A stretch of 64,000 nt of DNA from Sarea resinae (Eukaryota): positions 248,001-312,000 of the forward strand of contig JAPEUD010000021.1 in NCBI GenBank assembly GCA_026026165.1, written 5' to 3'. This document shows positions 26,192 to 38,623 of the stretch, piece by piece (position 1 is the stretch's first letter; each line of letters opens with the position of its first letter). Position numbers and translations under genes: made by a program. The notes under the pieces are model-generated. The model was given only the letters and a program-made list of their open reading frames with translations, did no database searches and had not been told where the DNA came from.

Positions 26192-26291
26192 GCTATTATG
26201 GCATTGAATGTTCCAGGCTATCGTATCTCTTGTCAATTATTGAATCTCGCATCCCAATTTCTCTATCCTCTTTTCAGCACATATGCTCTGT

Positions 26292-27405
26292 TTATGCCAA
26301 CTCTAGAAACCTTGTAGCTGGATTGATCAACAGCCCATCCAATTCACGCATATTATATGCTCCACTGTCATCGTCTCGAATTGGCACCGGCTCCGGCATA
26401 TTCGCAAGACGATTGGTGAAGCCTCGCGACAGGAGCAGTCCGACAATCCTTGCCGCTTTGATGACTTTGATGGTCTCATCACCCAAGCCTCCAGCTTCAT
26501 CGCTGAACGTGGTCCAGAAGATTTCCTCCAACATGCCGTAATCGTCATATCGGACCCAGCCATTCTTGAGGTGGATCTTACTTATCAGTCGCTGGTGAGA
26601 GTGGAGATTCAGGCCAAAGGGCGCAATCTCAGCTTCGGCCCAATCAACCACCCCGGCTAGACTGCAAGACGTGTCGTTCACCATGATGTTGCAGACACCA
26701 AAATCTTTGTGGAGCAATACCATGGGTAGAGAGAAAATGGCTGGTAATGAGTTGAGCGAGCCCTGGATTAACGGGCGGAAGCGATCTGGCAGGGAAGCAA
26801 GCAATAATTCCAGTTCTTTTTTGTATCGATGGTGCAGGCTGTCGCGGTACGTCTGATCAACATCCTGACTACCTTTCCACGAAAGAGCAAAGAACCTGAC
26901 GGGGCGTATAAGCAGCAATCCAGCGTATCTGTAACATAGAATGCAAGCCATACTTCGCGATACCAATAACAAGATTCTTGCGCCAGGAGGAAAACTCGGC
27001 TGAATTCTCGGACACATGACCATTATGTGCCAGAATAAAATCCAGATAAGTAATTCCTGGTATTCGGCTCATGACGTAGATGTAAAGGGGTTCCTTGCTG
27101 TCAGCATCCTCTCCAATCTGCCCCCTGAAGGTGACCTCGGGTGCAAAGTGGCCGTAGATGGTTCGAGCGAGATTCGCAGTCTCCATCCTCAGCTGGAGCG
27201 ACTTGAGGCGGAACTGAACGACGAATTCAGCGCTGGGTCCGGCATAGACGGTATAGCTGCACACACCTTGCACGGCTACCGGGACGGTATTGCCACCAAG
27301 ATGCTCTCTCGCAAAGGTATCACAGGCTGAGCGAGTCGCTGTAGTCTGCGCGAAGAAATCGGCAATTTCTTCGTCGACAGAGTACTCCAGATTACTGGAA
27401 GCCAT
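26292..27405 (-). CDS. APH/choline-kinase-like phosphotransferase (protein-kinase-like fold, 2 exons)
   Basis: QGVCSYTV, VVQFR, IYVMSRIPG, then after the intron LPMVLLHKDFGVCNIMV (HxDxxxxN) and GVVDWAEAEIAPFG. Confidence 0.88.
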
Positions 27406-28323
27406 GGTGGATACAGGTTGCTGCTTTGAATTCTATCCACTTGAAGATGTAGATGAAGGGAGGCAAATAGGAGAAGTGGCTTCAGTCATATATATCCCTG
27501 GCAGGCTAATTGTTTCATAGGCATTATATGTGAATATATCGTAAACATTGGCGTACACGTGACAAAGTGACCGCCTTGGATCATATCTAGAACTATTTAT
27601 TCTTTCCCTACAGCAACTTCCTCGCCATTCTCATAAGTGATAAATGACAGTACCCGGTATCCATCTTTAATGCAATGAGGTGGTCATACTCTGATTGAAT
27701 CGTGAGAATTGATCGTCGGGAATCACCTTGCTGGCAACAATGAGCTAGCAAATCGAGCACTTTTCTCAACAAGTCCTTGCTACCAGTAGTCCTCTTCCAA
27801 TTGATGTTAGGGCCCCTGAACACTCTGGCAAAGAGTGTGAATCAAACATTCTTGTAAATAAGGAGGAGGAGGAAAAAGAAGAAGAAGAACCTACTAGTCG
27901 CATACAGTAGCCGCGCATGCTCTGCTCTGCTCTGCTCTTCGGGAGAGCAAAGTACCAAGGGACACTCTTTCGAAAATATTGTTGAGATTGATTCAAGTAC
28001 GGGACTATGGACTATGCATGGACTATGGTATTTTCATCTCCCGGGAGTTCATGATCGTTGAAACCATAAATGTAATTATATCATCAAGCATACCGGTGAC
28101 GCTCGATCTCATGCCCCTCCTGCCCGGCCCGCCCCCGGGAAACAGATAGACAAGACGCCCCCTAACGATGGATGAGAGTAAACACTTGATATAAACCCGC
28201 CCTTGTTCTGTTATCGTGATCGTCACTCCCGTCTTGGTTCCGTCCTCTCTTCCTTCCATCCATCCATCCACCGACCGATCAACCAACCAGAAACGGCAAA
28301 GACAATAAACACCTCCGCGACAC

Positions 28324-31300
28324 CTACACAACAACGCCAGTGACACGTCTAATAGACCTCCGCGGGCCCTCACCCGAAATAGTGACCTGGCCCTCCTGCT
28401 CGAGCGCCCTCAGTGCCTCCGCAAACTCGGCGCTCTCAACAGCGACGCTGCTGGCCTCGCCCAGACGTCTCAGGACGTCAGAATAGCGGGCCAGGCCACC
28501 TTGACGCGTCATGTCATCCAAGAGGCCCACGACGGCGTTCTTGAGATCGAGCTTGCGGCGTCGCTCTGACGCGCTGGTGCCCTCGGTCAGCAGTCCCATG
28601 TCAATGAGGCCAGTGCGTGCGTCCGTTGCCGCTTGCTTCAAAGCTGATTTGATCAGGCGCACGGCCTCGAGGACGTCGTCGGCCGTCACCTCCGCCGACA
28701 GCCGCATCTTGGCATGCGCTTCCGCGAGCCGGATCATCGATTCCAGCTGTCGCGTCGTCGCCGTTATGCGCCGCTCCGCCGCCCGCACATCTTCGCCCAG
28801 CTTGCGCATCTCGACGTATGAGCGCACGAGCTCGTCCGAGGCCGCTTGCGTGATGCGCGGCTGGCATTGCGTGCGCGCGTACGAGATGTATGAGGTCAGA
28901 AATTCGACGGGCTGGTGAGCGTCGATAGCGTTAGTTATGGGATCCGCAATGGAGGTGTGAAAGGAGTCAAGAAAGGCAGGTGAAGTGTGTTTGCTCACCA
29001 AAATCTCTTGCGCGGAGCCGTTGTCCGGGGTATCCTCCAAATACATGCCGACTAGATGTCTCGCTAGTCGTCTGTCATTCTGCTCGTCGATGCGATCGAG
29101 AACGAGGTAGACGAGGTCGAAACGTGAAAGCAGGGTCGGAGGAAGATCAATGTTCTGGGGGACAGGAAGATTCGGGTTATATTTGCTGCCGATCGGATTC
29201 GCAGAGGCTAGGATACTGGTCCGAGCATTCAGAGTCGTGATGATGCCGGCTTTGGCGATGGAGACGGTCTGCTGCTCCATGACTTCGTGCAATACGGACC
29301 GAGTTGAGTCGGACATCTTATCGAACTCATCAATGCAGCAGATGCCTCCGTCCGAAAGGACAAGCGCTCCTGATTCAAGGACGAGCTGTCGAGTTTCCGG
29401 GTCGCGAGACACATAGGCCGTAAGACCGACGGCAGAAGATCCTTTACCACTTGTATAGACGCCTCGAGGGGCAATCTTATGCACGTATTTCAAAAGCTGA
29501 GATTTTGACGTCGAAGGATCACCACAGAGAAGGACATTGATATCGCCTCGGTATTTAGGACTTCCACCTTTCTCAAAAGACTTGTTTGTCCCTCCGAAAA
29601 GTTGTAGGAGGATCCCCTTTTTCACGTCGTCCATTTCATAGACACTTGGTGCCAGCGACCGTGCAAGCAATTCATAAACGTCTGGCCTCGCGGCAGTCTC
29701 TTTGATACGCTTCTCTTCTTCTTCAGTGACCTTTCGAGTCTCCTCCACATTCCCCACTATCTGTTCCGATAACTCCTGCTCGACAGTCGAGACGTCTATG
29801 CCAAGCCTCCTCTTATCCACCTTCTGGACATGCAAGATATCCACATATGTCTTGAAAAGACTCTTGATGGTGCGCTGCCTCGGATTAATGCGGACCGGGT
29901 TGCATCTGAAGATGCCAGTGACCTCAATCCTATCACCAGCCTTACAGACATCCACAAGCTCGTCATAGGCGCATAGCGAGACCGAGTGGGGAGTTTGGCC
30001 ATCTGGAACGCTGTCCGGCGTCTCCTGCAATTTGATCACCTGCTTATCAGCGAACCGGGACCGGTTATGGACGATTTGCATCGAATTCGCGGACTTGCAG
30101 ACTCCTCGAGGGCATTCTGTTGGCTCGGCAATCTTTCCTCGGTCGATTTCAACGACAACGGTATGGTTGCATGTCTGACAGCGAAAGTATGCTGGATACA
30201 AGATTTAGCAGTAGATTCGGGACAGGGATACATGCAGCTTTTACCTTCTTTCATATCCGGTATGATAGGCGTCGTACGAATGACAAGTCCTTTGATGCTG
30301 ACCATTTTGTCCATGTCTAAAGAGATTTAGTGCACTGACAATCTTTTGAATGGCAAGGCTATATACTAACCAGCGGGGTTCAGATCTCTCAGATTTATGG
30401 TCTGATCAAGACCAAACGGCCTGATCTTGTATGTCCTGGACTCTATATCCTCTAGCAGATCTGGTATGGGTGCATCCGGCGGCTCCTGTTGTTGTTCGAC
30501 ATTCGCATCCGCATCCGAGCTTGGAGCTGGTGGGGCGGAGCTGGAATCTCTGGTTCTGATCCGAGCATGGGCTCGCCTCTGTTGTTGTGCTCTCAATTGG
30601 TTCATTTCCTTGGTGGCTAGCTCGACCATCAAATCCTTCACGGCCTGATCCATAAGAGGGACCACTTCTTGAGGGTATGCTTGTAGTTGATGCCACAGCT
30701 TCAAAGTCGAAGGGTAGGCCTTTAGATTCCGTAGATCGAGATTGAGGCCCACGACACCCAACTGCCGCATAGTCCTCATCATTTCCACGTATTCTAATTC
30801 GTTTGCAACATCGCCTGAAGCTCGAGTCTCCTCCTCCGTCGCACCATCGGCCCACATGCGGTACTTTTTTGTGAAATGGAGAAGAAAATTCTTGAAGGAA
30901 GATATGGTATCTGTGACTGAGACATTAGTCCCCCAAATTACTCTCGTGGAGTTTCCTCCCAACGCCTCCGCCTCTGAGGTTTCAGGATCAGCATTTGAGA
31001 AAGTTGCTGCGTCCGATCCTGCAATATCGTCACGAACAGGAAGGCCATTCTCATCCACAAACACGCGACGTCTTCGGTTAGGAGTTTGGCCTAGTACGTC
31101 GGAATGGATGTCCCCACGCCTCGAATTATTAGACGCTGATGCTCCCAGAGCACCCGAGCGGGAGGAACGCAGGAACAAACCGCTGCTACTACTAGGGAAG
31201 TCAGATCTGTTTTGCCGGGATTCATTCGTAGCGCGAGGTGGGCTGGAGCTCGAAGCATAACGTATGGGCGAAGAGTCTGTTTCCAGATACCACCATTAGC

Positions 31301-31693
31301 ATGCCGGAACAGCATGATGAGAGCTCCTCCCAACTTACCACCATTGAGTATTGGTCTTGCTCTGGGCGTCCTGTCGCCATCGGTCACGTCGGTCATTTGG
31401 CCGGGCGGCGAACTGACATCCATTCTGTCGGTCTGAGCAGCGCTCGCATTTCTATTGGCCGGCGAAGACTGGAAAAATAACGGCGAAGATGCATTTCCAG
31501 GAGGATCTGAGAAGAGAGAGTTGTTTTGAGACTGTGATCGTTGTGACGCAGCAGCTTCGTTCAGCAGCTGAGCGGCATCTGCTTGTACAGCGACCGGGGA
31601 GCTTCCTGAAAAGTGCTGAGCAGACCTAGCACTCCGCCGAGGTGTCGCATTCTGCGAATTCGGCTGTGATGGTCGAGAATTCGGCGAAGACAT
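28324..31693 (-). CDS. MCM4: DNA replication licensing factor MCM4 (5 exons)
   Basis: S/P-rich N-tail, IWGTNV, Zn finger CQTC..C...C, Walker A GDPSTSKSQ, Walker B CCIDEFDKM, arginine finger SRFD and ITATTRQLESMIRL. The start could alternatively be 31699. Confidence 0.97.
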
Positions 31694-31808
31694 CTTCATT
31701 AGACTATACACCTTCTCGTCTTCAAATGGATGTTGTTGATGTTGGGATGAGGGGAGGGGAGCTGAGGCTGGAGGTCAGACCTTCACGTTTCGACAAACGA
31801 GAAAGTTG

Positions 31809-31855
31809 GCGCGAATCTTACGCGTTCGCGTCCTCAATCGTTCCCCCCGACGCGA
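31809..31855. promoter_or_regulatory. Cluster of MCB-like boxes in the MCM4 promoter
   Basis: GCGCGAA (31809), ACGCGT (31820), TCGCGT (31826) and ACGCGA (31850) within 50 bp, ~120-160 bp upstream of the ATG. Confidence 0.65.
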
Positions 31856-32839
31856 CTTAAATTGATTACGGTAGTCTCTTACCGCAGCAGCGCAGAACCG
31901 ACAATGCTCTACTCCGGCGTACTGGAGGGCCCTCGGGCTGTTACCTTTCGGACAATGTTTTGGTGTTTTGATCGAGGGACCTGGGGCTCCCACAAAACAT
32001 CCCAAACATGGTGCTGACCTATCTCATAATCAGCCCCGGAAGAGTCGATCAACAATTCCAAGATCGATCACGTAGAATCACCAGATTCATTCATCCGTCC
32101 CTTCAGCTCCGGCTCCTATCGATTCACAATCGCCTCGTGCTATATTCCAAACGTCTCGTCTAGAGCAATGATTCCTACTCCTCTAGCGATGACGCTGATG
32201 AATCGTTGCTCGACGCTGGTATCCTTTTATCAATGAAGCATGGAATGGTCGACCTGCAGCAGGCCAATGTTGGCCCTAAGCCAGCCGTCTGAGGGATGAT
32301 CTGCTCCTACTATTGAATTGGACCTCTCACTATCACTGTCGCCGTAATGTTGTGTTGCACAGCTTCAGCGGAAATCTTTTCCAAAAAATATTCCATCGAA
32401 TCTGATGCGACATTACTTAGGCAAAGAAGCCAGTCTTGTTACAGGCACAAGGTTATCGCGAATCTATGTGGTGAGGCTGCAGCATGTCAAAGCTTTCTTG
32501 GACGTATGCAGCGCATGATAAATGGCCCTTTTGCCACATTTCAGGTTTGCTATGTTGGGTCGGCGCTTAGAGAAAGCATCGCATTGGACGATGGGAGCGC
32601 TGCTGACAGCGGGGCTGAACAATGCTGTTATGATTCAGCCTCACATTCTGTGCACCCTTAAGGGCGCCTTGATTTTGCTCATCGTCCATCTTCTCATCGC
32701 TCTCGCCGATCCCCGCTTTTGACTCTGGATATCTGACAGACTCTGCCGGTAGACTACCGGTAATTGCTTTCCCACGGCGAGCGTAGCCTTCAATCGCAAG
32801 ATCATGACATCGTTCCCTCCACCTCAAGGTCGCGATGGC

Positions 32840-35800
32840 ATGGCGCAGAAGTCTGGCCGCAGCAAAGATGATGGAATTGCATTATTGGCTCTCGGTATAT
32901 CTAGTCAATGCATACTCTTTTTATCTTAACGCCATGCAGATGGAGGTGGCATTCGCGGGGTGTCGGAACTCCTGATACTCCATGAAATCATGAATCGCAT
33001 TCAACACGACCTGGATCTCCCCATTCTCCCCCGGCCTTGTGATTTTTTTGATTTGATAGGAGGCACCAGCACTGGAGGGTATGTTGGCATTGAATTTAAA
33101 TTGATGCTCTATCAGATGATCGTGCAACAGGCTGACTCGCCTCAACAGTATCATTGCGCTCATGCTTGGCCGTTTACGTATGAGCACCAACGAAGCTCTT
33201 CGAATCTATAACTCGTTCTCGCGGGAAGTATTTTCCAAAGAAAATCGGAAATGGATTCACCAGGATGGGTCTTTCAAAGCGACAACACTCGAGAGGAAGA
33301 TACAGGACATTGTATCGGAAAGAAACTTGGGAGAATTTTTGCTCAGTCCGCTCGAGCAGCAGGGGGAAAGCAAGGCTTTCGTCTGCGCAATTGCTGCCAG
33401 CGATCTACAGCCACGACTCTTTCGGACTTATCGGGTGAGGGAAAACCCCAGCGCAAATTGCAGAATCTGGGAAGCAGCCCGCGCAACGTCCGCTGCTCCG
33501 ACATTTTTCAAGCGCATTTCGATTGGCGAGGAAGGGCATCCGATGGAAGAATTCATCGATGCTGCAGTTGGCTACAACAACCCAGCGAATTTGGTTCTAG
33601 AGGAGGCCAAGAATGTTTTCGGAAGCGCAAAGCCTATCCGCTGCGTCGTCAGTGTCGGAACTGGCCATCCTGGAACAGTTGGCTTGGCAAGGCCGGATGC
33701 TTTTCAGAAGATCTTGCCTACAAAGCTGATACAAGTACTCAAGCAGACTGCTACCGAATGTGAGCAGACAGCAAGTCTGATCAGCAAGCGATTCAAAGAT
33801 TTCGAAGACTTCTACTTTCGTTTCAACGTGGAACATGGCGCCGAAGGCGTCTCTCTTGAAGAGTGGAATAAAATGGGAGAAATGCAAGGGTTCACAAAGA
33901 CTTATCTCTCAAACGTCTCGGTGACGAAAGCGATTGATAGTGTTGTTCAGAAGCTGTGCCATCCAGGGCCCTGTGAGCAGACTCTCGGAAGCACTTGTCT
34001 GTAACTACATCGTCGTTCTTACCTTACTCACATGGATCTAACCACATGGTAGTGGGTGAGCAGAATCGTTTGCCGATTCAAATTCAAAGTCGACCTAAGC
34101 CTGTGCCGAGCTCCATTTTTACTGGTCGCGTGAAGACACTGAGAAGACTTCAGAGCTTTTTCTCGACTCGAACTCTAGGCTCCGGACCGAGAAGAGAATG
34201 TCTCTTGTACGGGATGGGTGGGGCAGGGAAAACGCAGATCGCATTACAGTTCATCCGGGAGTGCAATGACAGGTGATCAGGCTTTCTGGCGTTTTATAAT
34301 GGGCACTAAAGTTCGTCAGATTTGAAGCGGTGCTCTGGATCGACGCAACCAACCGTTTGACTATCGAACAAAGCTATAAATCTATAGCGATTGCTCAGAA
34401 CTTGGCTGGTATGGGTAGAGATAATCTTGTCCAACAGGCTCTTTCTTGGCTCTCGCAGTCAGATCAGGAATGGCTTCTGTTGTTCGACAATTGCGAGAGC
34501 GTTGAAGCCATCGAGCGGCTCCTTCCCGATGGCGACCGAGGAAATATATTATTCACGAGCAGAAATCCGGAGCTCGGTCTTGCTGTTCAAGAATCCATCT
34601 CGATTGTAGAATTCGAAATTGAGGATGCTGTCACGTTGTTGCTCAAAGCTGCCAAGAAGGACCCCGAGGATGAGAGGCTGCGAAAGGACGCAAAGCCTAT
34701 TGTCGAATCACTTGGATATTTACCTCTTGCCATCGATATTGCTGGGGCGTCGATTTACATGGGTCGCCACCGCTTGAACGACTACGTGCAGACTCTAAGC
34801 CAACATCGCAGAGCAATGATGAAGGACTCGAGCTTCAAGGGTTCCTCAAAATATAATCAAGCTGTATATACCGTTTGGGACATCTCATATGAGGCTCTCA
34901 GCTTGGCAACGCAAGGTCGGGAAGATGTGCGGAAAGCTGAAGCTGCGCTATCAGCAATGCATATTCTTGGCCTGTCTGCTTACTTCCATAACGAAGCCAT
35001 CATGGAAGAGATCTTTAAGCGGGCCGCAGAGAGCCGCGCTCTCTCCAACGACCGAAGAGCACGGTATAGGATAGGAAATAGCGGAGATCTCTTAAGACTG
35101 TTCACCCTTGATAAGACAGGAATATGGGATTCGTACCTTTTCAGGATGGGATTGTCAATGCTGGTCTCCTTTTCCTTAATCAACCAGGATCAGAGTGGGC
35201 ATTACTTCTCAGTGCATACTTTGATCCACTCCTGGGCTCGAGATCGAATGCCTCAGTCTATTGAACAGGCCCAACATGACGCTGCAATTGCTGTTTTAGC
35301 ATCCTCGATCACTAGGGGACATCTCACGGAGGACTATGCTTTTCGCCGGCAGTTGTTGCCACACATCAAGACTTGTATCCAGTACAGCACAGCAAGAGCA
35401 ATAAACAATGAAGAAAAGCTCGTGGATGCAAGCAATTTTGCTCTCGTATACGGCGAGAGTGGGTACTGGAAGGAGGCGGAGGATCTCCAGATGCAATTAA
35501 TGGAGACAAGAAGCCGAGTGCTTGGGCACGAACATCCTGACACCTTGACTACTCAGGCTAACCTGGCTGCGACCTTTTTGAATCAAGGGCGATGGAAGGA
35601 GGCGGAGAAGCTTGGGTTGCAAGTCATACAGACAAGTAAACAAGTGCTCGGGCAAGAACACCTACACACCTTGATTAGTCAAGCTAATCTGGCTACGACC
35701 TACTGGAATCAAGGGCGATGGAAGGAGGCAGAGGAGCTTGAGGTGCAAGTGATGGAGACGAGCGTACGAGCGCTTGGGCAAGAACATCTCTACACCTTGC

Positions 35801-36360
35801 TTAGTCAAGCAAATCTGGCTGCGACCTACCAGAATCAAGGGCGATGGAAGGAGGCGGAGGGGCTTGGGGAGAAGGTGATGGAAACAAGAAAACAAGTGCT
35901 CGGGCAAGAACATCCTCACACCTTGATCAGTCAAGCTAATCTGGCCTCGGTCTACCTAAATCAAGGGCGATGGAAGGAGTCTGAAGAGCTCCAGGTGCAA
36001 GTGATGAAGACGAGAAAACAAGTGCTCGGGCAAGAACATCCCCACACCTTGAGCAGTCAAGCTGATCTGGCCGCGGCCTACTGGAACCAAGGGCGATGGA
36101 AGGAGGCAGAGGAGCTTGGGGCGAAAGTGATGGAGATAAGAACTCGGGTGCTCGGGCAAGAACATCCTGACACCTTGGTCAGTCAAGCCAATCGGGCGGT
36201 CACATACTTGCGTCAAGGCCGGCATTCTGAAGCGCTTGTTTTGATGAGGCAGTGCGTAGAGTTGTCTCTGCGTACGCTCGGGGAAGAACATCCACATACA
36301 CAAGCCCGATTTACTGCTTTGAGAAAATGGGAAGAAGAGCTCAACCCCAATACCTCATAA
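32840..36360 (+). CDS. Fungal NLR-like protein: patatin-like phospholipase - NB-ARC - TPR repeats (5 exons)
   Basis: Introns 32895-32939, ~33079-33148, 33997-34052 and 34273-34319 give one frame. Patatin LALDGGGIRG, GGTSTGG, WEAARATSAAPTFF and FIDAAVGYNNP. NB-ARC FTGR, Walker A GMGGAGKT, Walker B WLLLFDN, ILFTSR, GYLPLAI and VHTLIHSW. Then 42-aa TPR units. Confidence 0.93.
35533..36288 (+). repeat. Intragenic tandem array of six 126-bp TPR-coding units
   Basis: AA(T/C)CAAGGGCGATGGAAGGAG recurs at 35581, 35707, 35833, 35959 and 36085, an exact 126-bp period. Confidence 0.95.
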
Positions 36361-36749
36361 TTACACATCACGATTCTGACACTTGAATTTCTACTGGATC
36401 ATCCGCTTATTTGTACGATTCAAATATAACTTCACTTGACTGCAACATGTTCCTGAACATATCTGACACTCAAACGTTCTTCTGGATCTTCAATTTCTTT
36501 GTACCATTGCAATATCCCTTCTCTTGGTTGCAACTCGTCCCTGAACATACTCTGGAAGTTTCTCCTGATACCATAACCTTGGCCGCCAAGGAGTACACCT
36601 CTATAGATTCGCTGATGTGTGATATCTGGTTCTTTGTTGTCAACGCACCGGGTGGCTTTGGAGCGTGAGACAGTCCTTACGGTATCGATCGATGACACGC
36701 AATTATAGGACTTTTTCGGCGACGAGGGGATTCGTCTTCCCAGAAGCGG

Positions 36750-37095
36750 AGGGATGGATGGATGGATGAATGCATGGACGAGAAATAGAACGCATCCATG
36801 AGACCCCTCGAGTGGGAAAATCATTCAAACGTGCACAAGAAGCAAGCAAGCAAGCAAGCAAGCACATGCAGATCTCAAACGTGGGCCAGGGAGGGGTGTC
36901 CACGAAATATTTGATGTATAGAACGCAGGCCACTTAGATACACGCTTTGGGAACTTCTGCTGCAGTGAAACTAAACTCCTTCCTTCCTTCCCTTTCTCTC
37001 CCCTCTGGGGCCTGATGAGCCTGATGACCTATCTGCAATGCCTGCCTGCCTGCCTGCTTGCCTATAGGATGGGACCGGGAGGATGGATGGATACA
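36750..37095. repeat. Cluster of tetranucleotide microsatellites (GGAT)n, (GCAA)n, (TGCC)n
   Basis: Read directly between the NLR and sirtuin 3' ends. Confidence 0.8.
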
Positions 37096-37205
37096 TAGAT
37101 CTTTTATGATTGACATCAAGGACGGTCGTGGACTTCGGATATCGCATAACATACATCGTTATAACCCCCCACCAAATGAACTCGGTCTGCGAAACTGCCG
37201 GCGTT

Positions 37206-38623
37206 TCACAAAGACGACTTCTTCAGGTGCGGGAAAACGTGGCCGAGGGATGCGCCCTCGGAGTCGTCGCCACCTGGGGCGTTATCTGTCTGCTTGCCAG
37301 ACTGATGCTGCTCACCTCCCGGCGTGCCATTCCTGCTCGAGGGCTGGCCGAGGTGGGGGTCCGAGAGAGTTTCGGATTCCCGCGCCTCTCCAGCAGTGGC
37401 GTCGCTAGTCTGAGGTTTACTATTCTCTTTCTTCGATTCGGCCAGATGCTCCCGGACCCATGACTGATGGTCCTTTGAGAATCTCAGGCTCTCTTCGACC
37501 TCGCCCGTCAGCTTTTCGACCTCGTCTTCGAGTTCCTCGTCTCGGCTCTTCTTTGTCGGTGGGCCCTCTTCCTTTAATTTCTTAATGGTGTCGTTCTTAT
37601 CCGGGTTCGTCTCTTCCCAGAGAGCTTCTAGCTCGTCGAGCCAACCCAGGGCGGAGGCGAGTTTTCGTACGCCGGCGTCGCAGTCGCCTAGCAATAGGAC
37701 ATCGTCGGGTCGGGATCCCAAGTCCCCAACACGTTCGAGATTGAGTAGCACTCTGCGAGGATAGCAAATCAGCCTTTTGGAACGGCGCATATAGACTAGC
37801 CGGACGAGTGCGGGATTGCTCACCTTGGCACGCCTTCATGGCAAACCCCGGGTAAACTGGCAAAGGGCTGAACAGTCAACGATGTGCCCATGACGAAACA
37901 CAGGTCGGCTTCTTCTGGGAGCCATCTATTTCTATGGAATGCCGTCGGCAGCTGCTCCCCGAAGAAAACAATCTCTGGTTTCACCAGTCCATTGCACGAT
38001 TCCTTGATACAGTGAGGCACGGATTTTGACTCTATAGTACTTTTCATGAGATCATCCGGATATGGCGCTTTGCAGTCTATGCAACTCTGCCGTGCAAAAC
38101 TGCCATGTGCTTCCACGATCTTCTCGTCCGGGACGCCGGCTTCACGCTCCAAGCAGTCTATATTCTGCGTAAATGATTTCAAAAGAAGGTTCTTGTCCGA
38201 CAGAAGGCGAATGAAGGAATGTGCGATCGTAGGCCGATATCTTCCGGGATATAGCTCGTGCGCCAGGGCGTAGAATGGCAGCGGATTTTCGCGGAAGAAG
38301 GAGATATCGAAGACGGCTTCGGCATAGGGAAGATTCAGCCGCGCCAGGTTTGCGTACAGGCCTGTTTCCGGCGATCGGAAGTCGGGTATGCCAGCAGATG
38401 TCGATATGCCCGCTCCTGCCTACTAGGTATATTAGTTGCTGTCCCGGGGCAGGATGCACGAAAGTGCGCGGGGGGCCACATTGCTGTAGATCCAACATAC
38501 CATGACGACGATTTTCTTTGCGCGGCCATCTTTGATGAATTTGGCCACCGCGTCGACGGTCCGGCCCTCCAAGGTCCGCGAAGGCGTACTCTCATCTATC
38601 GGCGACGACGCTTCCTGGCCCAT
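37206..38623 (-). CDS. HST2: NAD-dependent deacetylase, SIRT2/Hst2-type sirtuin (3 exons)
   Basis: MGQE..., [54 protein letters not shown], Zn CxxC..Cxxxx[10 protein letters not shown] and [10 protein letters not shown]. Confidence 0.93.

Noticed and set aside
27608..27823. Short minus-strand ORF upstream of the APH-like kinase
   Set aside because: Non-ATG start, 71 aa and no recognisable motif.
35533..36288. Regularly spaced repeats as a CRISPR-like array
   Set aside because: In-frame 126-bp coding repeats of a eukaryotic gene. The intervening sequence is homologous between units, not unique spacers.
36432..36824. 130-aa minus-strand ORF just downstream of the NLR as a partner gene
   Set aside because: Its 5' part is microsatellite-derived and I recognise no domain or amyloid motif. 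At most an unidentifiable fragment.
37206..38623. Sirtuin beside an NLR as a SIR2-type immune NADase effector
   Set aside because: It has the full class I deacetylase signature with the Zn module, typical of housekeeping SIRT2/Hst2, so adjacency alone is not evidence.
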